A DNA stretch of 64,000 nt from Candidatus Omnitrophota bacterium (GTDB lineage Bacteria; Omnitrophota; Gorgyraeia; Pluralincolimonadales; Pluralincolimonadaceae), in assembly GCA_003141835.1 (NCBI GenBank), contig PLNR01000004.1, positions 13,943-77,942 on the forward strand, read 5' to 3'. The notes under the pieces were generated by a model. It was not told the DNA's origin. It made no database searches and worked only from the letters and a program-made list of their open reading frames with translations. Positions 19,004 to 28,013 of the stretch are shown in pieces. The position numbers were made by a program, and so were the translations under genes. Each line of letters opens with the position of its first letter. Position 1 is the stretch's first letter.

Positions 19004-19480
19004 CTATGTATCCAGGAAGGCCAAGAGGGATTTTATTATGGTAAGCGGCGATGGCGGGCAGCCGGGAATATGCAGGTCTACAGGCAGGACCTCTTTTACC
19101 CCGCCGACGACGTAATATGAACCTTTGAACGCGCCTCCGTCGAGGGCGCAATCGCCAAGGGTTATGACGAATTTCGGCTCGGGCATCGCGTCATATGTCT
19201 TGCGAAGCGCCATCGCCATATTTTTGGAAACAGGACCGGTAACTAACAAGGCGTCTGCGTGACGGGGAGATGCCACAAAGTCGATGCCGAACCGCTGGAT
19301 ATCGTAAATGGGGTTAGTGGTAGCGATTATCTCGGATTCGCAGCCGTTGCATGAACCGGTGTCGACTTCCCTGATGTGGAAAGACCTCCCGAACTTCTTG
19401 AATATATGCGCTTTCAGGTCTTCGCCCAGTTTCTCGGTGACTACGCCCTTCATTATCCTGTTCTTCAAAATATTCTTCAT
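19004..19480 (-). CDS. NuoB-like [4Fe-4S] small subunit of a group-4-hydrogenase-like (Ehr/Hyf-type) complex
   Basis: GSCNGCE...GDCA...PGCPP supplies the four Cys for the proximal cluster. I chose the start at 19478-19480 (MKNILKN), which overlaps the large-subunit stop by 4 nt. Confidence 0.85.
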   Translation of the reverse strand: MKNILKNRIMKGVVTEKLGEDLKAHIFKKFGRSFHIREVDTGSCNGCESEIIATTNPIYDIQRFGIDFVASPRHADALLVTGPVSKNMAMALRKTYDAMPEPKFVITLGDCALDGGAFKGSYYVVGGVKEVLPVDLHIPGCPPSPLTIIKSLLAFLDT

Positions 19481-21006
19481 AGGTCGTTCCCCGGGTACGA
19501 AAGATCGAAGCTCTTGTTGCAAAGCGGGAAATCAGGGATTATGTTGCCGAGCACCGCGAAACACAGCCCCTGCCAGTTATGGAAAGACGGGTCGACTATC
19601 TTGCATCTCTCTATCCGGCCCGAGGCATCTGTTTTTATCCAAAAAAGGACCGGCCCCCTCCACCCCTCGGCATAACCGATGCCGCAGCCGGCTTCAGGCG
19701 CGGATTTTTTAGCGGCCGATATGTCGGCCGGGGCCATGATCCTAGCAAATTCCCTTATGAGCCGCACCGATTCCTCGATTTCCCTCAGGCGTACGTTCAG
19801 GCGCGCGAGGACATCGCCCTCTTCTTCTCTTACGAGCTTGAAATTCGCGGCAGAATAAACACCGGGGAATGTCTTCCGCAGATCCATCGGTATGCCTGAT
19901 GCGCGGGCCGCAAGCCCGACTATGCCGAGGTCAACGGCGGTCTTCTTCTTTAATATGCCTGTCTTATCGGCCCGGTCCATGAAAGATATGCTGGATAGAA
20001 GCATCCTTTTAAGTTCCCTGAAATCTTTCGATATCCCGTCGAGGAAATCCAGCAAAACTTTCCTCTCCGACCCGCCGAGGTCCCTGTTCACCCCGCCTAC
20101 GGTATTAACGCCTTTGAGATACCTGCTGCCGGATATCTTTTCGTTAAGGGCTAAGGTCTTTTCCTTTATTATCGAAGCAAATGCGTTCGGGAAAGTAAAG
20201 CCGACATCCACGGCCATGCCGCCAATATCGTTTGCGTGGTTATAGATCCTCTCGAGCTCGAGGTATATCGCCCTTATGTATTGCGCCCGTTCCGGGATGA
20301 GTATGCCGTATATCTTCTCGATCGCCTGGCAATATGCCGTGCTGTACGCGAACACGGAATCTCCGGAGACGCGCTCGGAAAAGCTTACCGCGTCATCCGA
20401 ACCGGCCGAGGGCATCTTTTCAAAAAGTTTTTCGACGCCACGATGGGTAAACCCAAGGCGCGCCTCGAGGTTTATCACCGGTTCCCCGGCCGCGCTGAAC
20501 CTGAAATGCCCGGGCCCGATTATCCCGGCATGGACAGGCCCGACCGGCACCTCGAATATCCCCTCGCCTTCGACTTTCTTGAACCTGTACGAGCCTTCCG
20601 CCTTTTGCGCCCGTTCAGGCGGGATAAAATCCTTGCGCAACGGGTAGAATCCCTCGAGCCATACCTCCTCGTGGAGATGGAGCCTCCTTAAGTCGGGATT
20701 GCCTTCCGGCTCGAGGCCGAACATCTCCTTCATCTCCCTCTCGAAAAGCGCGGCCGAGAAGACGTCTTTTGATATCGATTCAAACCGGGCCTGCCCTTCG
20801 GGCAATTGCATCCTTACTAAGACCCATCTTTTACCGGCCCAATCGAGGAAAGCGCAATAGACCGAGAATGCCTTTTTCCCGGGCCCCTCGTCGACCGCAA
20901 AATACATCATGACCGGGGAAGAAAGTTTCTTATGGAGTTCCAGGCATTTGCTCCTGAATTCCTCCGGCTTTACGTCTATATATATTTCATCCCTGTATTC
21001 CATCAT
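19477..21006 (-). CDS. NuoC-NuoD fused large subunit homologous to HycE/HyfG but lacking the NiFe-binding cysteines (Ehr-type)
   Basis: The protein aligns to the HycE core (…ERAQYIRAIYLELERI…), but the N-terminal RxCGxC is RVSGDSVFAY and the C-terminal DPCxxC is DPSFHNWQ. Confidence 0.85.
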   Translation of the reverse strand: MMEYRDEIYIDVKPEEFRSKCLELHKKLSSPVMMYFAVDEGPGKKAFSVYCAFLDWAGKRWVLVRMQLPEGQARFESISKDVFSAALFEREMKEMFGLEPEGNPDLRRLHLHEEVWLEGFYPLRKDFIPPERAQKAEGSYRFKKVEGEGIFEVPVGPVHAGIIGPGHFRFSAAGEPVINLEARLGFTHRGVEKLFEKMPSAGSDDAVSFSERVSGDSVFAYSTAYCQAIEKIYGILIPERAQYIRAIYLELERIYNHANDIGGMAVDVGFTFPNAFASIIKEKTLALNEKISGSRYLKGVNTVGGVNRDLGGSERKVLLDFLDGISKDFRELKRMLLSSISFMDRADKTGILKKKTAVDLGIVGLAARASGIPMDLRKTFPGVYSAANFKLVREEEGDVLARLNVRLREIEESVRLIREFARIMAPADISAAKKSAPEAGCGIGYAEGWRGPVLFWIKTDASGRIERCKIVDPSFHNWQGLCFAVLGNIIPDFPLCNKSFDLSYPGNDL

Positions 21007-22403
21007 GCCCCTCTTATTATCCCGATCGCCGAAGTCATGAGCCCGCTTAGAAGCGCGGGTAATTTAAACCCAAGCGTGCATGTAAAGACCAGCAAGAATA
21101 TGAACGCGATCTTCCCGCTTAACGGCTCTCCCTCTGCAGCCACGTCGGACGGCTTCTTCCCGAACACGACCCTGCTGATGTGGTATATGACCGCGCCGAA
21201 TATTATCGCCAGAAAAAGCAGGAAGAGCGCCGACTGGAGATAAAGCCCCTGCCCAAAACCCGAGATGAGTATCATCAGCTCGCTGAAGAATACCGAGAAC
21301 GGCGGCGAGCCGGTCAGGGCGAACGCGCCTATTATCAGCATGACGCCGGTAAAAGGCATGGCGTTTACCACTCCCCTCATTGCATTCATGTCGCTCGTCT
21401 TGTATTTTTTCACGGCGTTCCCTGCGCTAAAGAACATGAGCGATTTTGTGACCGCGTGGTTAAAGACGTGAAAGAGCGCGCCGAAAAGCCCAAGCGCCCC
21501 GCCCATGCCAAGGCCGAAAGTTATGACGCCGATATGCTCGACGCTGCTGTACGCAAACAGCCGCTTGATATCTTTCTGGACGACGACGAAAGCCGCGGAT
21601 ACGCCGAGTGAAAGCAACCCGAAGAAGACCAGCAGCCTGTCCGAATAGGACGTGCCTATGCAGATATTTATTATTGAAGTGAACCTGATGATCGCGTAGA
21701 TGGCCGTCTTAAGGAGAACGCCTGACAACAGCGCGCTTATCGGAGCGGGCGCCTGGCTGTGCGCGTCCGGAAGCCAGGTATGCATGGGCGCAAGGCCTGC
21801 CTTGGTCCCGTATCCGACGAGGATAAAGAGGAACGCGACCTTTAATACATTCGGGTCGAGCTTTCCGGCGACAGAGGCCATCTCGGTCCAGTTGAGGCTC
21901 GTCACGCCGCCGTCGCGCGAGGCGGTGTAATAGAATAATATCGTCCCTAAAAGCGCCAGAGTGATGCCGACCGAGCAGATTATTATATATTTCCATGCCG
22001 CCTCGATCGACTTCTTGCTGTTATAGAAACCTACCAAAAACGCCGAGACGAGGGTCGTCATCTCTATCGCGACCCAGAGCATGCCGAGGTTATTTACGAC
22101 GGTCACGAAATACATCGTGAACGCGAAGAGGTTAAAAAGGCCGTAATAGGCCCTCGCCTTCTTCTCTTTTATCGTCCCGGATTCCGCGTCTTTCGCTATG
22201 TACCCTATCGAGTAAAGCGCAGCGGCGAAATTCACGACCGATATCGTCAGGATAAAGAACGCGCTCAAGGCATCGATATAGAAGAAATCGAAACCGCTGA
22301 CCGGGCCTTCCCTTAGCACATACGAGGCAAGGAATACCGAGGCGGCCGATAGCGCAAGGTGCAACACCGCATTGATCACTCCCAACGCCTTTATCCTGTT
22401 CAT
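21003..22403 (-). CDS. NuoN/HyfF-like antiporter-type membrane subunit
   Basis: A 466-aa polytopic protein with the Mrp/NuoN family pattern (WLPDAHSQAP). Confidence 0.8.
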   Translation of the reverse strand: MNRIKALGVINAVLHLALSAASVFLASYVLREGPVSGFDFFYIDALSAFFILTISVVNFAAALYSIGYIAKDAESGTIKEKKARAYYGLFNLFAFTMYFVTVVNNLGMLWVAIEMTTLVSAFLVGFYNSKKSIEAAWKYIIICSVGITLALLGTILFYYTASRDGGVTSLNWTEMASVAGKLDPNVLKVAFLFILVGYGTKAGLAPMHTWLPDAHSQAPAPISALLSGVLLKTAIYAIIRFTSIINICIGTSYSDRLLVFFGLLSLGVSAAFVVVQKDIKRLFAYSSVEHIGVITFGLGMGGALGLFGALFHVFNHAVTKSLMFFSAGNAVKKYKTSDMNAMRGVVNAMPFTGVMLIIGAFALTGSPPFSVFFSELMILISGFGQGLYLQSALFLLFLAIIFGAVIYHISRVVFGKKPSDVAAEGEPLSGKIAFIFLLVFTCTLGFKLPALLSGLMTSAIGIIRGA

Positions 22404-22406
22404 CAG

Positions 22407-23027
22407 TTAACCTTTCAGCTCGGTGAGCTTGTCCACGTCTATGTGCGTGAACAGGCTGTTTATCTTATAAACGAAAATACCGAGTATCATTACCGCGAGG
22501 AATACGTCGAAGAATATCGCTATCTCGACTATGAACGGCATCCCGCCGGATACGCTCGCCGCGGCAAGGAACATCCCGTTCTCCATGACCAGGAGGCCTA
22601 CTATCTGGGCAAGCGCCTTCATCCTGAATATCATTATAAATACGCCGATGAGCGTTATCGAAATGGATACGAAGAACGCGGGGATCCCGGTGATCATCCC
22701 GGTGAATGCGTACGCCAGGTAAGCCAGCACTATCGCCGCAAAGATCGAGACGGTCGGGTTCGCGGAAAGCCCCAGGTCCTCTCCCACCTTTATCCTTTTT
22801 ACCACCCTGTGCAGCATGCGCGGGATCAATATGACCTTTATCAGGAAGAGAAGCGCGGCGACTACATATAATTCCGTCGAGCCCGACCTGTATGCCAGCA
22901 CGAACATCAGGAGGAAAAGGAAGAACGACTGGGCGCGGAAACCGTTTATCAACGCGGTCAGGCGTTTTGCCGCGACCATCGCGAAAGCCATCATGAGTAT
23001 TAAAAACAAAAATATATTTATAGGCAT
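22407..23027 (-). CDS. HyfE-like small membrane subunit (NuoK-related)
   Basis: A 206-aa protein with about 6 TM. Its size and position match hyfE. Confidence 0.65.
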   Translation of the reverse strand: MPINIFLFLILMMAFAMVAAKRLTALINGFRAQSFFLFLLMFVLAYRSGSTELYVVAALLFLIKVILIPRMLHRVVKRIKVGEDLGLSANPTVSIFAAIVLAYLAYAFTGMITGIPAFFVSISITLIGVFIMIFRMKALAQIVGLLVMENGMFLAAASVSGGMPFIVEIAIFFDVFLAVMILGIFVYKINSLFTHIDVDKLTELKG

Positions 23028-23028
23028 A

Positions 23029-23904
23029 TCAGTACCCCGCCGCGGAAACGATGACCGCCATTATGGAGATGACGAGCGCGAAGCTCAGGAGGTCCACGGC
23101 CCTGAAGAGCCTCATCTTCGCGATCGATACCTCGAGTAAACTCACCGCTGCGATCACCGCCGCCATCTTGAGGGCGAAATCACCCCAGGGAATGACGACT
23201 GCGGCGATCAAGGAAAAGAACAATACCTGCTTTATGTGCGAGGCTAATTCTATCAGGGCGAGCGACTTCCCTGAATATTCCAGGACCATCGCCTCGTGTA
23301 TCATCGTCAATTCCAGGTGCGTCTCCTGGTTATCTACGGGAATACGCGAGGTCTCGGCTATGGTCACGACAAAAAGCGAGAGCGACGCGATTATTGATGA
23401 AAGCTTTAATCCTGCGGGCGCGCTTACGGCCGCGAGGTTCGTCGAACCGGCGTTAAGCGAGACGGCGAAGACCGACAACAAAGCGACCGGCTCGACAAAG
23501 GTCGATATGAACATCTCCCTGGAGGAACCCATACCGCCGAACGCGCTCCCCGCGTCGAGCCCGGCGAGGGCAACAAAGAACCTGCCCAGGGCCAATATAA
23601 ATATGATGGCAAGGAAATCGCCCATATTGGAGAACGATAGCGTCGAGGCAAATACCGGTACCAGCGATAACGCGCACACTGATGAGGCGAGGACGACAAA
23701 CGGCGCAGCCTTGAATATCCACGACGTAGTATCCGAGACCACTTCTTCCTTTCCGAAGAGTTTGGCAAGATTATAATACGGCTGGAATACGCTCGCGCCT
23801 TTGCGCATCCTGATATTGTTCTTTATCTTCCTTATTATGCCGCTCACGAGGGGCGATACCGCGATCAGCAGCAATATCTGTATGAGTATTAGCGCGGTTT
23901 TCAT
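23029..23904 (-). CDS. HycD/HyfC/NuoH-like membrane subunit
   Basis: A 291-aa protein with the NuoH family pattern (VSPLVSGIIRKIKNNIRMRKG, RLFRAVDL). Confidence 0.85.
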   Translation of the reverse strand: MKTALILIQILLLIAVSPLVSGIIRKIKNNIRMRKGASVFQPYYNLAKLFGKEEVVSDTTSWIFKAAPFVVLASSVCALSLVPVFASTLSFSNMGDFLAIIFILALGRFFVALAGLDAGSAFGGMGSSREMFISTFVEPVALLSVFAVSLNAGSTNLAAVSAPAGLKLSSIIASLSLFVVTIAETSRIPVDNQETHLELTMIHEAMVLEYSGKSLALIELASHIKQVLFFSLIAAVVIPWGDFALKMAAVIAAVSLLEVSIAKMRLFRAVDLLSFALVISIMAVIVSAAGY

Positions 23905-23905
23905 G

Positions 23906-25732
23906 TCAGGACCTCCCCACGAATATTATGAGCGCCAGTATCGTGATAAAGATATAGGCGATATAGACGTGTATGCTGCCGGGCTGGATCTTCCTCATCG
24001 CCTGCGCGGTCTTGATTATCACGTTAAGCGTTGGTTCGTAGATATAGCGCCTGAAGACCGGCGTCGTGAAGACCTCGTATTTGAACGACTTGACGTGGTA
24101 AAAAGACTCCCTTATCTTCTCGGTCTTGGTATAAGGCATCAAAAAGAAACTGAACGCGATACGGAACGGCTTTGAGAAGGCTGTGGCCGTATACTCTGTC
24201 CTCGAGTCGAGGTTATAATATCCGCAGCCCCATGTCTTGCCCTCGCAAACCCTCTTCTTGCCGGTACCGGCAAGAGCCCATGCCGCGCCAAAGACGAATA
24301 TGAGCGCAAGGGCTATGAGCGGTACAGAAAGATTTGTGCCGGACTGCGGCGCAAGCGTGAAATTATTAAGGGTAAAGTTCATTCCGACGGTGTTGATGCC
24401 TGTCGCGCAGCCTGAAACAACGACTAATATCTTGATCATAAGCGAGGCTGCAAGCCCCAGGATAATTGTAAGTACGGACATGGCAACAAGGGCGGACTTC
24501 ATCGAGAGCGATACCTCTTTCGCCTCCCTCGCGTGCGCGCTCCTCGGCATCGCCAGGAAAGTGACGCCGAAGGCCTTCACAAAACACGATGCCGCAAGCC
24601 CGCCTGTCAGGGCAAGCATCGCCGCGCAGAGGCTCAAAAATATCTTATAACTTCCCGCTGTGGCGAGCGCGCCCAGGAAGAACGCCTGGAGCGTAAGCCA
24701 TTCGCTCACGAAACCGTTAAACGGCGGCAGGGCCGATATCGCCATCGCGCCGACAAGGAACGTCGCCGCTGTCCACGGCATCAGTTTTATCAGGCCGCCG
24801 AGGTTTTCCATATTGCGCGTCCCGGTCGCCTTATAGACCGCGCCGGCGCCCAGGAACAAAAGCCCCTTAAATACCGCGTGATTGATAAGATGATACAACC
24901 CGGCGCAGAGCGCGAATACCGCCAGGACCGGATTGCCCATTTTGATAAAGACCATTGAGGCACCGACGCCGAGCAGTATTATGCCGATATTCTCGACGCT
25001 GTGATAGGCCAGAAGTTTCTTAAGGTCGTGTTCCATCAACGCATAAATGACGCCTACCAGGCATGAGACTACCGCAAGGACCAGCACAAGATTGCCCCAC
25101 CATAGCGAATTGACGCCGAGGATGAAAATTATGAACCGCACCATGCCATAGATGGCCGTCTTTATCATTACGCCGGACATTATGCTTGAAATATGGCTGG
25201 GCGCCTGCGGATGGGCGTAAGGAAGCCAGATGTGGAGCGGCACGATCCCCGCCTTTGTGCCGAACCCTACCAACAAGAAGATAAAGACGATGTTTTTGAC
25301 GTTATCAGGCATGAGCAGGCAGGCCTGCTTAAATGCGGAAAAATCGAATGACCCGGCGTATTTGTATATTATCAGGAATGCCGCGGTGATAAACGCGGTC
25401 CCGATGTGGGTCATGACTATGTAGATGGTGCCGGCCCGGACGGATTTTTCATGCTTATGGTCAAAGACTACGAGAAAATACGAAAGCAGCGACATCAGCT
25501 CCCATGCAACGAGGAAAAGGAAGGCGTTGCCGACCGTGACTACGAGCACCATAGACAGGACGAACGCGGTCATAAGCGACCACGCGAGGATCTTCTCCCC
25601 TCGTGAATGGCCTTCCTTAAGGTAGCCTATCGAATAGACCGCCGACGGCACCGAAACGAGCGCTATTACCGCCAGAAAAAACAAAGACAGCGGGTCAAAT
25701 AATAGTGAAAAACCTATTTTAAGATATTCCAT
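23906..25732 (-). CDS. HyfB/HycC/NuoL-like antiporter-type membrane subunit
   Basis: A 608-aa protein with the WLPYAHPQAPSHISS motif. It is the first gene of the six-gene module. Confidence 0.85.
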   Translation of the reverse strand: MEYLKIGFSLLFDPLSLFFLAVIALVSVPSAVYSIGYLKEGHSRGEKILAWSLMTAFVLSMVLVVTVGNAFLFLVAWELMSLLSYFLVVFDHKHEKSVRAGTIYIVMTHIGTAFITAAFLIIYKYAGSFDFSAFKQACLLMPDNVKNIVFIFLLVGFGTKAGIVPLHIWLPYAHPQAPSHISSIMSGVMIKTAIYGMVRFIIFILGVNSLWWGNLVLVLAVVSCLVGVIYALMEHDLKKLLAYHSVENIGIILLGVGASMVFIKMGNPVLAVFALCAGLYHLINHAVFKGLLFLGAGAVYKATGTRNMENLGGLIKLMPWTAATFLVGAMAISALPPFNGFVSEWLTLQAFFLGALATAGSYKIFLSLCAAMLALTGGLAASCFVKAFGVTFLAMPRSAHAREAKEVSLSMKSALVAMSVLTIILGLAASLMIKILVVVSGCATGINTVGMNFTLNNFTLAPQSGTNLSVPLIALALIFVFGAAWALAGTGKKRVCEGKTWGCGYYNLDSRTEYTATAFSKPFRIAFSFFLMPYTKTEKIRESFYHVKSFKYEVFTTPVFRRYIYEPTLNVIIKTAQAMRKIQPGSIHVYIAYIFITILALIIFVGRS

Positions 25733-25828
25733 TTACATTTTTTGGTTAGTTAGAGGTAATGCTGGCAGGAACTGGTGTTCATCGCTGCAGTATTACTTGA
25801 CTGTTGTGAAAGTATTTTACGGCAAAAA

Positions 25829-25879
25829 CGGAAAGTTGTCAAGGCGACTGGGACAGTCCAGTGGAGTGAAATGTTATGC
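25829..25879 (-). repeat. attC-like site, truncated/degenerate (terminal cassette)
   Basis: The right arm TCCAGTGGAGTGAAAT-GTTATGC is conserved and the left arm is reduced to ACTGG/CCAGT. It starts 2 nt after the stop of the 59-aa ORF. Confidence 0.4.
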
Positions 25880-25881
25880 GA

Positions 25882-26512
25882 TTATTCTTTATTTTTCTTA
25901 GATATGCTATCTTTAAATCTCTTAATTTTATTTGGAGCAACATATACATATTCAAGCATTGCAATTAGGAAATCATCTATGGCCTTTATTTCCGTTTGGT
26001 CAAAATTTACTTCGATTTTATGAGCGCCTATATTTCCTATAAATCTTAAACTTTCTGCCATTTCAACTATTGTATTAGGAATTAAATCTCTCTGATAAAT
26101 TGGCTATTTGTTCTTTTAAATTATTTCCTTTTGCCTTTTGATCTTTGCAGAGTAATTCCATAGATCTTCTAATCAATACCGCAAAAGCACTTGGTGATAT
26201 TTTTTCTACCTTTTTTGCTTCCTCGTAATTTCTTCTAATTTCTTCAGGTATCACTCCATCAAGTTTACGGGGAGCAGGATAAAGCAGCTTTGCCTTCTCA
26301 AGATTACCTGGATCTTCCGAAGCTTCCCAATCTCCAAATAGGCAAATGCCTTTACATGTTTTGCATTCCGTCAAGTAATAATACGTTTCCATGTCTCCTA
26401 GAGATGAGCCATCGAAATCGTATATTTTTACGCTGGAAGTAACTGTTGTTATTATAACGTGTGGCGTTTTATTGCCGCAATGGCTACAAATTAAGATTGC
26501 TTCTTTGTTCAT
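25882..26512 (-). pseudogene. zinc-ribbon + DUF4145-like protein, disrupted by a +1 frameshift (ORFs 26075..26512 and 25882..26061)
   Basis: The 145-aa ORF (CSHCGNK...CKTCKG, then ...AFAVLIRRSMELLCKDQKAKGNNLKEQIANLSERFNS*) is followed 13 nt later, in the +1 frame, by a 59-aa ORF MAESLRFIGNIGAHKIEV...LEYVYV carrying the DUF4145 GNxxAH motif. The upstream read in the +1 frame is ...IPNTIVEMAESLRF. Confidence 0.5.
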
Positions 26513-26528
26513 AATTATTATATCCTAC

Positions 26529-26603
26529 GCATAACGCTTGGACTCAGCGGCCAAGCCCTGCTAAAAGATACCTGGCGTGGTCCGCTGGAGTGAAATGTTA
26601 TGG
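26529..26603 (-). repeat. attC-like site (75 bp)
   Basis: GCATAAC-GCTTG-GACTCAGCGGC-[29 nt]-TCCGCTGGAGTGAAAT-GTTATGG, with a bulged G in the right arm. Confidence 0.6.
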
Positions 26604-26612
26604 GTTTATATC

Positions 26613-27116
26613 TTATTCTCCCTTTACATCTCCGTTTTTATACAGAATAAGGCCTTTTTTATATTTAAGACCTTTGTTGTGTTGCGTGCAAGTAATAATA
26701 ACTGTATCCGAAGGCGAATCTGGCTTAGGCTGTGTATATGTATATTGCATATTCGTAACCGGACAGTTAATGATATCTTTGTCATTGGCGGGAATGTATT
26801 TGGGAATTAGATCCGTTAACTGAGCAGGCCATTTGCCATTATTTTCTTCGCTATGCAATTTACATACTATTCCAATCTCTATTAAATTGTGTCTACATGT
26901 TATAAGTTTACGAATGAATGGGGGATGGCCTCCCGTTGGAGTAAAAAGCGCCAATATGATTAAAATACTTAAAATAGCCCATATAAAATGTAAAATTGGT
27001 TGTTTTTTTATCTTCTCGCGTGAATTTGCAGAGAAAATGCAGCCAATGAACCTAGATGCTGCACTAAGCGATACGATTAGTAATATGATTGCTAAGATTA
27101 ATGTTAAAATTCCCAT
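26613..27116 (-). CDS. cassette-encoded hypothetical membrane protein (2 TM + Cys-containing C-terminal domain)
   Basis: A 167-aa protein with TM helices MGILTLILAIILLIVSLSAA and ILHFIWAILSILIILALF. It has no recognisable family. Confidence 0.5.
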   Translation of the reverse strand: MGILTLILAIILLIVSLSAASRFIGCIFSANSREKIKKQPILHFIWAILSILIILALFTPTGGHPPFIRKLITCRHNLIEIGIVCKLHSEENNGKWPAQLTDLIPKYIPANDKDIINCPVTNMQYTYTQPKPDSPSDTVIITCTQHNKGLKYKKGLILYKNGDVKGE

Positions 27117-27140
27117 TTATGCCTTTTATTATTTTTCATC

Positions 27141-27215
27141 CCATAACGTTTGAACTCAGCGGCTGGCACCATAAAACAGATGGCCGGGACAGTCCGCTGG
27201 AGTGAATTGTTCGGC
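27141..27215 (-). repeat. attC-like site (75 bp)
   Basis: CCATAAC-GTTTG-AACTCAGCGGC-[29 nt]-TCCGCTGGAGTGAATT-GTTCGGC. Confidence 0.6.
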
Positions 27216-27218
27216 TCT

Positions 27219-27602
27219 TTATTTGATTTCTTTTAGCCACCTTACAGCCTCTTCTTTCAATTCTGGTTTATCCTCTTTGTGGCTAAAAACCATACCGTTT
27301 TCTTTCCTAAAAGCTTCGACCTCAATGCGTGTTTGTTTTTGATCGACATAAATCAACTTGATGTGAATCTCTTCTACCCATGTTTTTCCATAGCAGTTCC
27401 AGTATGTGTAGGACCATCCGCCTTTCTCCCGCTTGGCTTCGAAAAGACCATCAAATGAGACTTTTGGGATTTGCGATTGAACCTGTTTCGCGACGTCATC
27501 TATATAATTGGATACCGTCCACGTCTCAAGCGCGGCACATACAATTGATGCCCCGCTGACAACTATAAGCAGCGCTATAACTATTGATTTCATTATTTTC
27601 AT
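27219..27602 (-). CDS. cassette-encoded hypothetical secreted protein
   Basis: A 127-aa protein with a signal peptide (MKIMKSIVIALLIVVSGASIVCAA). Confidence 0.5.
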   Translation of the reverse strand: MKIMKSIVIALLIVVSGASIVCAALETWTVSNYIDDVAKQVQSQIPKVSFDGLFEAKREKGGWSYTYWNCYGKTWVEEIHIKLIYVDQKQTRIEVEAFRKENGMVFSHKEDKPELKEEAVRWLKEIK

Positions 27603-27608
27603 CTCTTC

Positions 27609-27683
27609 GCCGAACGATTGAACTCAGCGGCGGCGATATGAAAACAGGATGCCAACGCCATCCGCTGGAGTGAAATGTTAGGT
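27609..27683 (-). repeat. attC-like site (75 bp)
   Basis: GCCGAAC-GATTG-AACTCAGCGGC-[29 nt]-TCCGCTGGAGTGAAAT-GTTAGGT. Its left core GCCGAAC is the complement of the neighbouring site's GTTCGGC. Confidence 0.6.
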
Positions 27684-27687
27684 TCCA

Positions 27688-27993
27688 TTATTTTGTTTCC
27701 TGGGTGGAAAGAACTCGCATAAGCGCTTCGAATCCTGCCTCGCCAACTTCCTTCCCGGCCTTAATGCTTTCATGATATATAAATATTGCCGAAATAAGAT
27801 ACAAACTCGCTATTAAAATTATGATTTTGGGCATTTTAGCATACCGAACCCAAAGATATGTTCCTAAAATACTAGAAAAAGAAAGAGCAACTATCATAGG
27901 AATTTGTCCAAACTCGAAATATGCATAAATTCCTAGGAAAAAATTTACTAAAACCGTACCAAGAATTATAGATAACCTTATTATCCAGATCAT
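27688..27993 (-). CDS. cassette-encoded hypothetical small membrane protein (3 TM)
   Basis: A 101-aa protein with three hydrophobic helices, and the first cassette after the putative attI side. Its start lies 20 nt from the ACCTAAC core at 28014-28020. Confidence 0.45.
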   Translation of the reverse strand: MIWIIRLSIILGTVLVNFFLGIYAYFEFGQIPMIVALSFSSILGTYLWVRYAKMPKIIILIASLYLISAIFIYHESIKAGKEVGEAGFEALMRVLSTQETK

Positions 27994-28013
27994 TTTCGTT
28001 ATTTAATTTTTCA

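Noticed and set aside
18378-19151. Full-length 257-aa ORF-track version of the nitroreductase with an Arg-rich N-terminus (MRPRRRRVQRFILRRRRGKRG...).
   Set aside because: The N-terminal 55 aa are low-complexity and precede the conserved nitroreductase start. The internal Met at MEDCHSN gives a typical ~200-aa enzyme and removes the near-overlap with the NuoB-like gene.
25775-27153. Plus-strand ORFs inside the cassette island (25775..26023, 26577..26810, 26590..26823, 26833..27153).
   Set aside because: They run through the attC-like repeats or antisense to better minus-strand ORFs that fit the ORF-attC cassette spacing. Their hydrophobic, low-complexity translations are typical of AT-rich antisense frames.
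26529-27683. I considered whether the conserved repeats could be a CRISPR array.
   Set aside because: The repeats are 75 bp (too long), imperfectly palindromic with RYYYAAC/GTTRRRY ends, and spaced 390-530 bp apart. Each 'spacer' contains a complete ORF with start and stop, and there are no cas genes nearby.
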